DNA from: Chiloscyllium plagiosum
Lineage: Eukaryota
Assembly (NCBI RefSeq): GCF_004010195.1
Contig: NC_057753.1
Span: 4,624,887 to 4,688,886 of the forward strand
Length of the DNA: 64,000 nt
Reading direction: 5' to 3'
In this document: positions 1-13,495 of the stretch, one piece after another
Layout of the letters: the number at the start of each line of letters is the position of its first letter
Numbering within the stretch: the stretch's first letter is position 1
Made by a program: the position numbers and the translations under genes
Notes under the pieces: model-generated
Seen by the model: only the letters and a program-made list of their open reading frames with translations
Told to the model about the DNA's origin: nothing
Databases searched by the model: none

Positions 1-3000
1 TTGCTCACAGGTAGCCCCATTGCTCATAGGTAGCCCATTACTCAAAGGTAGCCCGTTGCTCACAGGTAGTCCTCGTGCTCACAGGTAGCCCATTACTCAC
101 AGGTAGTCCCCTTGCTCACAGGTAGACCCATTGCTGAAAGGTAGCCCTGTTGCTCACAGGTAGCCACATCGCTCACATGTAGCCCTGTTGCTCACAGGTA
201 GCCCCATTGTTCACAGGTAGCCCCATTTCTCACAGGTAGCTCAATCCTCACAGGTAGCCCCTTGCTCACAGGTATCCCCACTGCTCACAGGTAGACACAT
301 TGCGCACATGTAGCCCCATTGCCCACAGGTAGTCCCATTGCTCACAGGTATCCCCCTTGTTCAAAGGTAGCCCCATTGTACACAGGTAGCCCCATGGCTC
401 GCAGGTAGCCCCCTTGCTCACATGTAGCCCCATTGCACACAGGTAGCCCATTGCTCACAAGTAGTCCCATTTCCCACAGGTAGCCCCATTGCTCACAGTT
501 TGCCCCCTCACTCACAGGTAGCCCCATTGCTCACAGGTAGATTATTGCGCATAGGTAGCCAAATTGCTCACAGGGAGACCCCTTGCTCGTTGGTAGCTCC
601 GTTGCTCACAGGAAGCCCCCTTGCCCCCAAGTAGCCCCATGCTCACTGCTAGCCGCATTGCACAAAGGTAGTCCCCTTGCTCACAGGTAGCCCCATTGCT
701 CATTGGTAGAGCCCTTGCTCACAGGTAGTCCCATTGCTCACATGTAGCCCCATTGCTCACAGGTAGCCTATTGCTCACAGGTAGCCCCATTGAACTCAGG
801 CAGCCCCATTGCTCACAGGTAGCCCCATTGATCACTGGTAGCCCCATTGATCACTGGTAGCCCCATTGCTCACACGTTGCCCCCTTGCTCACAGGTAGCC
901 CCATTGCTCACAGGCAGCCCCATTGCTCACAGGTCACCCTTTGCTTACAGGTAGCCCCATTGATCACTGGTAGCCCCATTGCTCACACATTGCCCCCTTG
1001 CTCACAGGTAGCCCCATTGCTCACAGGTAGCCCCATTGCTCAAAGGTAGCCCCATTACTCACAGGTAGCCCATTGCTCACAGGTAGCCCCATTGCTCACT
1101 GGTAGCCCCATTACTCACAGGTAGCCCATTGCTCACAGGTAGCCCCATTGCTCACTGGTAGCCACATTGCTCACAGGTAGCCCCATTGCTCACAGGTCGC
1201 CCCATTGCTCACTAGTAGCCCCTTTGCTCACAGGTAGCCCCATTGGTCAAACGTAGCCCCATTGCTCACAAGTAGCCCATAGCTCACAGGTAGTCACATT
1301 GCTCGCAGGTAGTCCCGTGCTAAAAAGGTCACCCCATTGCCCACAGGTAGCCCCAGTGCTTACATGTAGCCCCTTGCTCACAGGTAGCCACATTGCTCAG
1401 ACGAAGTCCCATTGCTCCCAGGTAGCCCCTTGCTCACAGGTAGCCGCATTGCTCAAAGGTAGCCTATTGCTCATAGGTAGCCAAATTGCTCACAGGGAGA
1501 ACCCTTGCACAGGTAGCCCCATTGCTCAGAGGTAGTGCCATTGCTGAATAGTAGCCTGTTGCTCACAGGTAAACCTATTGCTCACAGGTAGTCCATTGCA
1601 CACAGATAGCCCCATTGCTCAAAAGTAGCCTATTGCTCACAGGTAGCCCCATTGCTCACAGGTAGTCCCATTGCTCACAGGTAGCCCCATTGCTCATAGG
1701 TAGCCCATTGCTCACAGGCAGCCCATTGCTCACAGGTAGCCCCATTGCTCATAGGTAGCCCATTACTCAAAGGTAGCCCGTTGCTCACAGGTAGTCCTCG
1801 TGCTCACAGGTAGCCCATTACTCACAGGTAGTCCCCTTGCTCACAGGTAGACCCATTGCTGAAAGGTAGCCCTGTTGCTCACAGGTAGCCACATCGCTCA
1901 CATGTAGCCCTGTTGCTCACAGGTAGCCCCATTGCTCATAGGTAGCCCATTGCTCACAGGTAGCCTATTGCTCACAGGTAGCCCCATTGAACTCAGGCAG
2001 CCCCATTGCTCAGAGGTAACCCATTGCTCACAGGTTGCCCCATTGCTCACAGGTAGCCCATTACTCACAGGTAGCTCCATTGCTCACAGGTAGCCCCATT
2101 GCTCGTGGGTAGCCCCCTTCTTCAAAGGTACGCCTAATGCTCGCAGGTAGCCCCATTGCTCACAGGTCACCCCTTGCTCACAGGTAGCCCCATTGCTCAC
2201 AGGTAGCCCCATTGCCCACAGGTAGCCCCATTGCTCACAGGTAGCCCCATTGCTCCTAGGCAGCCCAATGCTCACAGGTAGCCCCATTGCTCACAGGTAA
2301 CCAATTAGTCAAAGGTAGACCATTACTCACAGGTAACCCATTGCTCACAGGTAGACACATTGCGCCCAGTTTCCACCTTGCTCACAGGTAGTCCCATTGC
2401 TCACAGGTAGCCCCATTGCTCACAGGTCGTCCCTTGCTCACACGTTGCCCCCTTGATCACAGTTAGCCCCATTGTTCACAGGCAGCCCCATTGCTCAAAG
2501 GTAGCCCCCCTGCTCACAGGTACCCCTCTTATTCACACGTTGCCCCCTTGCTCACAGGTAGACCCATTGCTCAAATGTAGACCCATTGCTCAATTGTAGC
2601 CTATTGCTCACAGGTAGCCCTATTGCTCACAGGTAGCCCCATTGGTCCCAGGTAGCCCCCTTGTTCAAAGGTAGCCCCATTTCTCACAGGTAGCCCCCTT
2701 GCTCGCAGGTAGCCCCCTTGCTCACAGGTAGTCCCATTGCTCACAGGTACCACCCTTGCTCACAGGTAGCCCATTGCTCACAGGTAGCCCAATTACTCAC
2801 AGGTTGACCCCTTGCTCTCAGGTAGTCCCATTGCTCAGAGGCAGCCCCATTGCTCACAGGTAGCCTATTGCTCACAGGCAGCCCATTGCTCACAGGCAGA
2901 CCCATTGCTCAATGGTTCTCTATTTCTCACAGGTAGCCCCATTGCTCCAAGGTAGCCCATTGCTCACAGGTAGCCTCTTTGCTCAAAAATAGCCTATTGC

Positions 3001-6000
3001 TCATGGGTAGCCCCATTGCTCACAGGTAGCCCAATTGCTCACAGATAGCCCAATTGCTCACAGATAGCCCCTTGCTCACAGGTAGCCACCTTGCTCACAG
3101 GTAGGCCCATTGCTCACGGGTAGCCCAATTGCTCACAGGTAGCTCCTTGCTCACAGGTAGCCCCTTTGCTCATAGGTAGTGCCACTGCTCACAGGTAGCC
3201 CCATTGCTCAAAGGTAGGCCTATTGCTCACAGGTAGCCCCTTGCTCACAGGTAGCCCCATTGCTCACAGGTAGCCCCATTGCTCACAGGTAGCCCTTTGC
3301 TCTCAGGTAGCCCCATTGCCTACAGGTAGCCCCATTGCTCACAGATTGCCCCCTTCGCTGACAGGTAGCCCCATTTCTCACTGGTAGGCCCCTTGCTCAC
3401 AGGTAGCCCCATTGCTCACAGGTAGCCCTAGTGCTCACAGGTAGCGTATAGCTCACAGGTAGACCCATTGCTCACAGGTAGCCCCATTGCTCAATTGTAG
3501 CCTATTGCTCACAGGCAGCCCATTGCTCACAGGTAGCCTCATTGCTCAAAAGTAGCGTATTGCTCATGGGTAGCCCCATTGCTCACAGGTAGCCCAATTG
3601 CTCACAGATAGCCCAATTGCTCACAGATAGCCCCTTGCTCACTGGTAGCCCCTTGATCACAGTCAACCCCATTGCTCACAGGTAGCCCATTGCTCTCATG
3701 TAGCCCCATTGCCTACAGGTAGCCCCATTGCTCACAGTTTGCCGCCTTCGCTGACAGGTAGCCCCATTGCTCACAGGTAGGCCCCTTGCTCTCAGGTAGC
3801 CCCATTGCTCACAGGTAGCCCTATTGCTCACAGGTAGCCCTATTGCTCACAGGTAGCGTATTGCTCACAGGTAGACCCATTGCTCACAGGTAGCCCCATT
3901 GCTCAATTGTAGCCTATTGCTCACAGGTAGCCCTATTGCTCACAGGTAGCCTCATTGCTTCCAGGTAGCCCCTTTGTTCAAAGCTAGCCCCATTGCTCAC
4001 AGGTAGCCCCATTGCTTGCAGGTAGCCCGTTGCTCACAGGTAGTCCCATTGCTCACAGGTAGTCCCATTGCTCACAGGTAGTCCCATTGCTCACAGGTAC
4101 CACCCTTGCTCACAGGTAGCCCCTTGCTCACAGGTTGCCCAATTACACACAGGTAGCCCATTGCTCACAGGTTGACCCCTTGCTCTCAGGTAGCCGCATT
4201 GCTCAAAGGTAGCCCCTTGCTCACTGTCAACCCCATTGCTCACAGGTAGCCCCATTGCTCACAGGTAGCCCCTGGATCACAGGTGGCCACTTTGTTCACA
4301 GGTACCGCCACTTCTCACAGGTAGCCCCCTTGCACACAGGTAGCCCCATTGCTCACAGGCAGCCCATTGCTCACTGGTAGCCCCATTGCCTGCAGGTAGC
4401 CCCATTGCTCACAGGCAGCCCATTGCTCACTGGTAGCTCCATTGCTCACAGGTAGCCCCATTGCTCACAGTTCGCCACCTCGCTCACAGGTCTCTACCTT
4501 GCTCCCGGGTAGCCCCTTGCTCACAGGGAGCCCCATTGCTCAAAGTTAGCCCCCTTGTTCAAAGGTAGCCCCATTTTTCACAGGTAGCTCCATTGCTCGC
4601 AGGTAGCCCCTTGATCACAGGTAGCCCCATTGCTCACAGGTTGACCTCTTGCTCTCAGGTAGCCCCATTGCTCAGAGGTAGCCCCATTGCTCACAGGTAG
4701 CCTATTGCTCACAGGCAGCCCCATTGCTCACAGGCAGACCTATTGCTCACAGGTAGCCTATTGCTCACAGGTAGCCCCATTGCCCACAGGTAGCTCCATT
4801 GCTCACAGGTAGCCCCATTGCTCACAGCAGACCCATTGCTCACAGGCAGACCCATTGCTCAATGGTTCTCTATTTCTCACAGGTAGCCCCATTGCTCCAA
4901 GGTAGCCCATTGCTCACAGGTCGCCTCATTGCTCAAAAGTAGCCTATTGCTCATGGGTAGCCCCATTGTTCACAGGTAGCCCATGGCTCACAGGTAGCCG
5001 CATTGCTCTCAGGTAGCCCCTTGCTCACAGTCAACCCCATTGCTCACAGGTAGCCCCATTGCTCACAAGTAGCCCCTGGCTCACAGTGGCCACTTTGCTC
5101 ACAGGTACCACCGCTTCTCACATGTAGCACCATTGCTCACAGGTATCCCCCTTTCTCACAGGTAGCCCCCTTGCTCACAGGTAGCCCCATTGCTCACAGG
5201 CAGCCCATTGCTCACTGGTAGCCCCATTGCCTGCAGGTAGCCCCATTGCTTACAGGTAGCCCATTGCTCAGAGGTAGTTCCATTGCTCACAGGTAGCCCA
5301 ATACTCAAAGGTAGCCCGTTGCTACAAGTAGCCCTCGTGCTCACAGGTAGACCCATTGCTCAGACGTACCCCATTGCTCTCAGGTAACCCCCTTGCTCAC
5401 AGGTAGCCTATTGCTCACAGGTAGCCCATTGCTCACAGGTAGCCCCCTTGTTCAAAGGTAGCCCCATTGCTCACAGTTCGCCACCTTGCTCACAGGTCGC
5501 TACCTTGCTCCCGGGTAGCCCCTTGCTCACAGGGAGCCCCATTGCTCACAGCTAGACCACTTGCTCACAGGTAGACCCATTGCTCAGAGGTAGCCCCATT
5601 GGTCACAGGCAGCCTATGGCTCACAGGTAGCCCCATTGCTCACAGGCAGCCTATGGCTCAAAGGTAGCCCCATTGCTCACAGGTAGCCCCATTGCTCACA
5701 GGTAGCCTATTGCTCACAGGTAGCCCTATTGCTCCCAGCTAGCCCCATTGCTCCCAGGTAGCCCCTTGCTCAAACATAGCCTCATTGCACAAAGGTAGCC
5801 CATTGCTCCCAGGTAGCCCCATTGCTCACATGTCGCCTATTGCTCACATGTAGCCCCTTCCTCATAGGTAGCCCCTTGCTCACAGGTAGCCCCATTGCTC
5901 ACAGGTAGCCCCTTGCTCGCAGGCAGCCCATTTGCTCACAGGTAGTGCCACTGCTCACAGGTAGCCCCATTGCTCAAAGGTAGGCCCATTGCTCACAGGT

Positions 6001-9000
6001 AGCCCCATTGCTCACATTTAGAGCCACTGCTCTACAGGTAGACCCTTTGCCCACAGGTAGCCCCTTGCTCACAGCTAGCCCCCTTGTTCAAAGGTAGCCC
6101 CATTTCTCACAGGTAGCCCATTGCTCACAGTTTGCCCCCTTCACTGACATTTGGCCCCATTGCTCACAGGTAACATATTGCTCACAGGTAGCCCCATTGC
6201 TCAAATGTAGCCCCATTGCTCAATTGTAGCCTATTGCTCAGAGGTAGCCCCATTGCTCACAGTTAGCCCATTGCTCCCATGTAGCCCCTTTGTTCAAAGA
6301 TAGCCCCATTGTTCACAGGTTGCCCCATTGCTCGCAGGTAGCTCCCTTGCTCACAGTTTGCCCCCTCACTCACAGGTAGCCCCCTCACTCACAGGTAGCC
6401 CGATTGCTCACAGGTAGCCCAATTGCTCACAGGTAGCCCCATTGCTCACAGGTAGCCCCATTGCACACAGGTACTCCCAATGCTCACAGGCAGACCCATT
6501 GCTCAAATGTACCCCTTGCTCAACGATAGTCCCCTTGCTCATGGGAAGCCCCATTGCTCAAAGGTAGCCCTTGCTTTCAGGTAGCCCCCTTGCTCACAGG
6601 TAGCCCCATTGCTCTCAGGTAGCCCCCTTGCTCACATGTAGACCCATTGCTCACAGGTAGCCCCCTTGCTCAGCAGATCGTCTCATTGCTCACAGGTAGC
6701 CCCCTCACTCACAGGCAGTCCCATTGCGTACAGGTCGCCCCATTGCACACAGGTAGTCCCATTGCTCACAGGTCGCCCCATTGCTCAAAGGTAGCCCCAT
6801 TGCTCACAGGTAGCCCCCTTGTTCAAAGGTACCCCCCTTGCTCACAGGTAGCCCCATTGCTCACAGGTAGCCCCTTGCTCACAGGGAGCCCCATTGCTCA
6901 CAGGTAGCCCCTTGCTCACAGGGAGCCCCATTGCTCACAGGTAGCCCATTGCTCACAGGTAGCCCCTTGCTCACAGGTCGCCCCTTGCTCACACGTTGCC
7001 CCCTTGATCACAGTTAGCCCCATTGCTCACAGGTAGCCCCATTGCTCAAATGTAGTCCGTTGCTCAATGGTAGCCCCATTGCTCACAGGTAGCCCCCTTG
7101 TTCACAGGAAGCCCCATTGCTCACAGGTAGCCCATAGCTCACGGGTAGACACATTGCTCATAGGTAGCCCCATTGCTCACTGGTATCTCATAGCTCACGG
7201 GTAGACACATTGCTCATAGGTAGCCCTATTGCTCACAGGTAGCCCATAGCTCACAGGTAGCCCCATTGCTCACTGGAAGCCCCATTGTTCAAAGGTAGCC
7301 CCATTGTTCACTTGTAGCCCCATTGCTCACAGTTCGCCCCATTGCTCACAGTTAGCCCCCTTGTTCAAAGGTAGCCCCATTTCTGACAGGTAGCACCATT
7401 GCTCACAGGTAGCCCATTGCTCTCAGGTAGCCCCATTACCTACAGGTAGCCCCATTGCTCACAGTTTGCCGCCTTCGCTGACAGGTGGCCCCATTTCTCA
7501 CAGGTAGCCCCATTGCTCAAAGGTATCCCCCTTGTTCAAAGGTACTCCCATTGCTCACTGGTATCCCCATTGCTCACAGGAAGCCCCGTTGTTCAAAGGT
7601 AGCCCCATTGTTCACATTTAGCCCCATTGCTCGCAGGTAGCCCATTGCTAAAAAGGTTGCCCCATTGCCCACAAGTAGCCCCATTGCTCACAGTTAGCTC
7701 CGTTGTTCAAAGTTAGCGTATTGCCCACAGGTAGCCCCATTGCTCCCAGGTAGCCCATTGCTCAGACATAGCCTCATTGCTCAAAGGTAGCCAATTGCTC
7801 ACAGGTAGCCCAATTGCTCATAGATAGGCCCTTGCTCACAGGTAGCCCCTTGCTCACAGGTAGCCCCATTGCTCACAGGTAGCCCCATTGCTCTCAGTTA
7901 GCCCCATTGGTCACTGGTAGCCCCTTGCTCACAGATAGCCCCATTTCTCACAGGTAGCCCCATTGCTCATAGGTAGCCCCTTGCTCACAGGTAGCCCCTT
8001 GCTCACAGAGTCCCATTGCTCACCGATAGCCACCTTGCTCACAGGTAGGCCCATTGCTCACAGGTAGCCCCATTGCTCAAAGGTAGGCCCATTGCTCACA
8101 GGTAACCCCTTGCTCACAGGTAGCCCCATGGCTCCCATGTAGCCCCCTTGTTCAAAGGTAGCCCTATTTCTCACAGGTAGCCCCATTGCTCGCAGGTAGC
8201 CCCTTGCTCACTGGTAGTCCCATTGCTCAAAGGTACCACCCTTGCTCACAGGTAGCCCATTGCTCATAGGTAGCCCAATTACTCACAGGTAGCCTATTGC
8301 TCACAGGTAGCCCCATTGCTCACAGGTTGACCCCTTGCTCTCAGGTAGTCCCATTGCTCAGAGGTAGCCCCATTGCTCACAGGTAGCCTATTGCTCATAG
8401 GTAGCCCAATTACTCACAGGTAGCCTATTGCTCACAGGTAGCCCATTGCTCACAGGCAGACCCATTGCTCAATGGTTCTCTATTTCTCACAGGTAGCCCC
8501 ATTGCTCCAAGGTAGCCCCATTGCTCCCAGTCGCCCATTGCTTACAGGTAGCCACATTGCTCATGGGTAGCCTATTGCTCAAAGGTAGCCCCATTGCTCA
8601 CAGGTAGCCCAATTGCTCACAGGTAGCCGCATTGCTCAAAGGTAGCCCCTTGCTCACAGTCAACCCCATTGCTCACAGGTAGCCCCTTGCTCACAGGTAG
8701 CCCATTTGCTCACAGGTAGTGCCACTTCTCACAGGTAGCCCCCTTGCTCACAGGCAGCCCCATTGCTCACTGGTAGCCCCATTGCTCACAGGCAGCCCCA
8801 TTGCTCACAGGTAGCCCCATTGCTCACAGGTAGCCCCATTGCTCACAGGCAGCCCATAGCTCAGAGGTAGCCCCATTGCTCACAGGTAGCCCAATACTCA
8901 AAGGTAGCCCGTTGCTCACAAGTAGCCCTCGGGCTCACAGGTAGACCCATTGCTCAGACGTAACCTATTGCTCTCAGGTAACCCCCTTGCTCACAGGTAG

Positions 9001-10599
9001 TCCATTACTCACAGGTAGCCACCTTGCTCACAGTTTGCCCCCTTCACTGACATTTGGCCCCATTGCTCACAGGTAGATCCCTTATTCACAGGTTGCCCCA
9101 TTGCTCACAGGTAGCCCCATTGCTCACAGTTTGCCCCCTTCACTGACATTTGGCCACATTGCTCACAGGTAACGTATTGCTCACAGGTAACCCCATTGCT
9201 CAAATGTAGCCCCATTGCTCAATTGTAGCCTATTGCTCAGAGGTAGCCCTATTGCTCACAGGTAGCCCCATTGCTCCCAGGTAGCCCCATTGTTCAAAGG
9301 TAGCCCCATTGTTCACAGGTTGACCCATTGCTCGCAGGTAGCCCCCTTGCTCACAGTTCGCCCCCTCACTCACAGGTAGCCCCCTCACTCACAGGTAGCC
9401 CCCTCACTCACAGGTAGCCCCATTGCTCAAGGTAGCCTATTGCTCATAGGTTGCCCTATTGCTCACAGGGAGACCCCTTGCTCACAGGTAGCCCAATTGC
9501 TCAGAGGTAGCCCCATTGCTCTCAGGCAGCCTCATTGCTCACAGGCAGTCCCATTGCATACAGGTAGCCCCCTTGCTCACACGTAGCCCCATTGCTCACA
9601 GGTAGCCCCCTTGCTCACAGGGAGACCTCTTGCTCATATGTAGCCCATTGCTCACAGGTAGCCCCATTGCTCACAGGTAGCCCCATTGCTCTCAGTTAGC
9701 CCCATTGCTCAGAGGTAGACCCATTGCTCAGAGGTAGACCCATTGCTCAAAGGTAGCCTATTGCTCACAGGTAGCCCCATTGCTCAGAGGTAGACCCATT
9801 GCTCACAGGTAGCCCCATTGCCCACAGGTAGCCCCATTGCCCACAGGTAGCCCCATTGCCCACAGGTAGCCCCATTGCTCACAGTTTGCCCCCTTCGTTG
9901 ACAGGTGGCCCCATTGCTCACAGCTAGCCCCATTGCTCACAGGTAACGTATTGCTCACAGGTAAGGTATTGCTCACAGGTAGGCCCATTGCTCACAGGTA
10001 ACGTATTGCTCACAGGTAGGCCCATTGCTCACAGGTAACGTATTGCTCACAGGTAGACCCCTTGCTCACAGGTAGCCACATTGCTCACAGGTAGTCCCAT
10101 TGCTCACAGGTAACGTATTTCTCACAGGTAGCCCCATTGCTCAAGTGTAGCGCTATTGCCCACAGGTAGCCCCATTGCTCCCAGGTAGCCCTTTTGTTCA
10201 AATGTAGCCCCATTGCTCGCAGGTAGCCCCCTTGCTCACAGTTCACCCCCTCACTCACAGGTAGCCCCCTCACTCACAGGTAGCCCCATTGTTCACAGGT
10301 AGCCTGTTGCTCATAGGTTGCCCTATTGCTCAGAGGAAGCCCCATTGCTCACAGGTAGCCCAATTGCTCACAGATAGTCCCATTGCTCACAGGTAACCTC
10401 ATTGCTCACAGGCAGTCCCATTGTGTACAGGTAGCCCCATTGCACACAGGTAGTCCCGTTGCTCACAGATAACCTCATTGCTCACAGGCAGTCCCATTGC
10501 TCAAATGTACCCCTTTGCTCAAAGATAGCCCCCTTGCTCATGGGCAGCCCCATTGCCCCAAGGTAGCCCCTTGCTCACATATAGCCCCATTGCTCACAG
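1..10599. repeat. Satellite array, 18/19-bp unit TTGCTCACAGGTAGCCC(C)A, roughly 550-570 diverged copies
   Basis: Unit is directly visible throughout. The array runs from the window start into the N gap. Copy number is estimated as length divided by unit size. Confidence 0.97.
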
Positions 10600-11099
10600 N
10601 NNNNNNNNNNNNNNNNNNNNNNNNNNNNNNNNNNNNNNNNNNNNNNNNNNNNNNNNNNNNNNNNNNNNNNNNNNNNNNNNNNNNNNNNNNNNNNNNNNNN
10701 NNNNNNNNNNNNNNNNNNNNNNNNNNNNNNNNNNNNNNNNNNNNNNNNNNNNNNNNNNNNNNNNNNNNNNNNNNNNNNNNNNNNNNNNNNNNNNNNNNNN
10801 NNNNNNNNNNNNNNNNNNNNNNNNNNNNNNNNNNNNNNNNNNNNNNNNNNNNNNNNNNNNNNNNNNNNNNNNNNNNNNNNNNNNNNNNNNNNNNNNNNNN
10901 NNNNNNNNNNNNNNNNNNNNNNNNNNNNNNNNNNNNNNNNNNNNNNNNNNNNNNNNNNNNNNNNNNNNNNNNNNNNNNNNNNNNNNNNNNNNNNNNNNNN
11001 NNNNNNNNNNNNNNNNNNNNNNNNNNNNNNNNNNNNNNNNNNNNNNNNNNNNNNNNNNNNNNNNNNNNNNNNNNNNNNNNNNNNNNNNNNNNNNNNNNN
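10600..11099. other. Assembly gap (500 N, probably a fixed-size scaffold join)
   Basis: Run of N. Gaps of exactly 500 N recur at 32479-32978 and 56799-57298. Confidence 0.99.
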
Positions 11100-11100
11100 G

Positions 11101-11907
11101 CGGCCCTTCAGCTGCTCGGTGTGCGGCAAGCGGTTCACCCAGACGTCCAACCTGCTCACCCACCAGCGCATCCACTCGGGCGAGCGGCCCTTCACCTGCT
11201 CCGTGTGCGGCAAGGGCTTCACCGGCTCGTCCAACCTGCAGATCCACCAGCGCACACACACCGGCGAGCGGCCCTTCAACTGCACACTGTGCGGCAAGGA
11301 GTTCACCCAGGCGTCCAGCCTGCTCACCCACCAGCGCATCCACACCGGCGAGCGGCCCTTCACCTGCTCCATGTGCGGTAAGGGCTTCACCCGCAGCTCC
11401 CACCTGCTCACCCACCAGCGCATCCACACCGGCGAGCGGCCCTTCACCTGCGGCGTCTGCGGCAAGGGCTTCACCCGCAGCTCCCACCTGGTCACTCACC
11501 GGCGGGTGCACACCGACGCCCGGCCCTTCAAGTGCCCCGACTGCGGCAAGACCTTCAAGGGCTCGGAGGAGCTGGTCAAGCACCAGCGGGTGCACACCGA
11601 TGAGCGGCCGTGCGGCTGCCCGCTCTGCGGCAAGCGCTTCCGGCAGCTCTCGCACCTGCTGACCCACCAGCGGGTGCACACCGGCGAGCGGCCCTTCGTC
11701 TGCCCCGTCTGCAACAAGGAGTTCACCCAGTCCTCCCACCTGCTGCGGCACCAGCGGCTGCACGCCAGCGGCCAGAGGCCCTTCATCTGCTCTGCCTGCG
11801 GCAAGGGCTTCGCCCAGTGGCCAGAGCTGCTGGCCCACCAGTGCGCGGTGCCCGGCCAGCCACAGCAAGCTGCCGACCCCGTGGTCTACGTGCAGTTCCA
11901 GGTGTAG
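11101..11907 (+). CDS. C2H2 (Kruppel-type) zinc-finger protein, 5'-truncated by gap; 8 canonical fingers plus a terminal C2HC-like finger
   Basis: Frame is open from the contig start ([12 protein letters not shown]...) to TAG at 11905-11907. It has CxxC-x12-HxxxH repeats with TGERP/TDERP linkers. The last unit is [19 protein letters not shown]. Third codon positions are very GC-rich. Confidence 0.93.
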   Translation, partial: RPFSCSVCGKRFTQTSNLLTHQRIHSGERPFTCSVCGKGFTGSSNLQIHQRTHTGERPFNCTLCGKEFTQASSLLTHQRIHTGERPFTCSMCGKGFTRSSHLLTHQRIHTGERPFTCGVCGKGFTRSSHLVTHRRVHTDARPFKCPDCGKTFKGSEELVKHQRVHTDERPCGCPLCGKRFRQLSHLLTHQRVHTGERPFVCPVCNKEFTQSSHLLRHQRLHASGQRPFICSACGKGFAQWPELLAHQCAVPGQPQQAADPVVYVQFQV

Positions 11908-13089
11908 AGAGAGAGAGAGGCTGCACCCCCTCCTCCCCTCCCTACCTCCGGATCCCCTCCCCACTTGGTCACCGCGCGCCAGGGAGACGGGGGACATCGG
12001 GCACTCACTTGCTATCCCGGCACGCTGCCCTTCCTGCAGCAACGCCGCCAGCTCCCCACACCCGCCCCACACGGCTTGCTAGGGGGGGCACAGACAACGC
12101 CAGGGGTGGGAGGGCTGGGCCCGAGAGTGCCCGCTGCAGGAGGCGTGTGAGGTAGAGCGCTGCGGCGGGCACTGCTGAGTGCCAGGGAGCCCCACAGCAA
12201 TGGAGGCTCCGCCTGGGCATCTTTCTCTCCCTTCCCCGTGTCCCCTTCCCCCAGCGCTATCCACCGAAGGGAGGGCGTAAAGGGGGCAGGGGAGATGGGC
12301 GCGTCTTCAGAGAAGGGCGGGTCAACGCTGGAGGGAGGCGAGGAAGGGGCTACAGGGGCTCAAAACCAGACGATTGCGAAGGTCAGTCGCAGTGAGCCAT
12401 CGCTGTACAAGACATGGGATCTTTCCCCGACTCTCCGTCATCGCTGGTGAGGCTTGGTGCGGTGCCGCAAGGGAGGGCTGGCTCCTGGTCGGGTGGCTGC
12501 AGAGATGGAAAGGCAGCGCTGGAGGGAGAGCGAGCCGGTTCCTGCTGCAAGAGGGACAATTGCCACAGCTCCAGCTCTGTCTTCCTGGGCCGTGCACAGC
12601 GTTTACTGTCCCCCGTTCAATGGCAACCAGAGCAGGTGAACAAATGGCTGGCTGTGACTGACCGAAGGAACTGATGTTTGAGTGCTCACGGGAGGAGCAG
12701 GTGATGTGTCGTTTCCAACGAATCCCCATGGGAGCAAGGCCCCCTCATCGTACGGAAGGGCCCAAACCACCAACGAGGGGTGCGCGCGCGAGCGCACATG
12801 CACACACAGACACGCACACACCGAAGGTGACCCGTGGGCCCCCCCCCCGGGTTACCAATGTTGATTGTGGCGGGGTCTGAAGGGGCGAACTCCCCAGCTG
12901 ATGTCGACAAACTCACCACCCAGCCAACTACACCTCCTGGGGTACCAGGCTGTGTCTGCCGGTAAGTGTGGGTGGCCCCAGAGGACGCTGGGTGGTGCCA
13001 TTCCCAACACTCAAGTCATGCGAGGAAGAGAGGGACAGAAACGAGGGCGCTGAGGCTGACAGACTGGAGAGATGAAGAGGAGGAGGAGG

Positions 13090-13495
13090 GCGCCAAGGGA
13101 GACAGACTGAAGTGTGCACAGAGAGGGGGAGAGACTGAAGTGTGGACAGAGAGGGCACCGAGGGAGAGAAACTGGAGAGGGCGCCGAGGGAGAGAGACTG
13201 AAGTGTACACAGAGAGGGCAATAAAGGGAGAGAGACTGAAGTGTACAGAGAGGGAGAGGGGGCCAAGACTGAAGTGTGCACAGAGAGGGCGCCGAGGGGG
13301 AGAGACTGACGTGTACACAGAAAGGGGGAGGGGCGCTGAGAGAGAGAGACTGAAGTGTGCACAGAGGGAGAGAGACTGAAGGGAGAGAGACGAAAGTGTA
13401 CACGGGGGGGGGCAGAGGGCACCAAGGGAGAGAGACTGAAGTGTGCACGGAGAGGGCGCCGAGGGAGAGAGAGAGACTGAAGTGTACACAGAGAG
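13090..13495. repeat. Purine-rich minisatellite, ~37-40-bp unit (GAGAGAGACTGAAGTGTRCACAGAGAGGGCGCCGAGG), ~10 copies
   Basis: Repeated gactgaagtgt(g/a)cacagagag core is visible. Confidence 0.85.

Noticed and set aside
1..10599. Satellite as a CRISPR array or as protein-coding (short ORFs such as TCEQWGYL repeats)
   Set aside because: There are no unique spacers or cas genes, and the context is eukaryotic. The 18/19-bp units shift frame constantly and the ORFs are short.
1..10599. Satellite derived from a zinc-finger codon string (minus strand ACC TGT GAG CAA TGG resembles TCEQCG)
   Set aside because: The similarity covers too few bases and does not match the local finger sequences well; it cannot be distinguished from chance.
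10497..12155. Long antisense and alternative-frame ORFs over zinc-finger gene 1
   Set aside because: They are shadows of GC-rich repetitive finger codons, inflated by the N gap.
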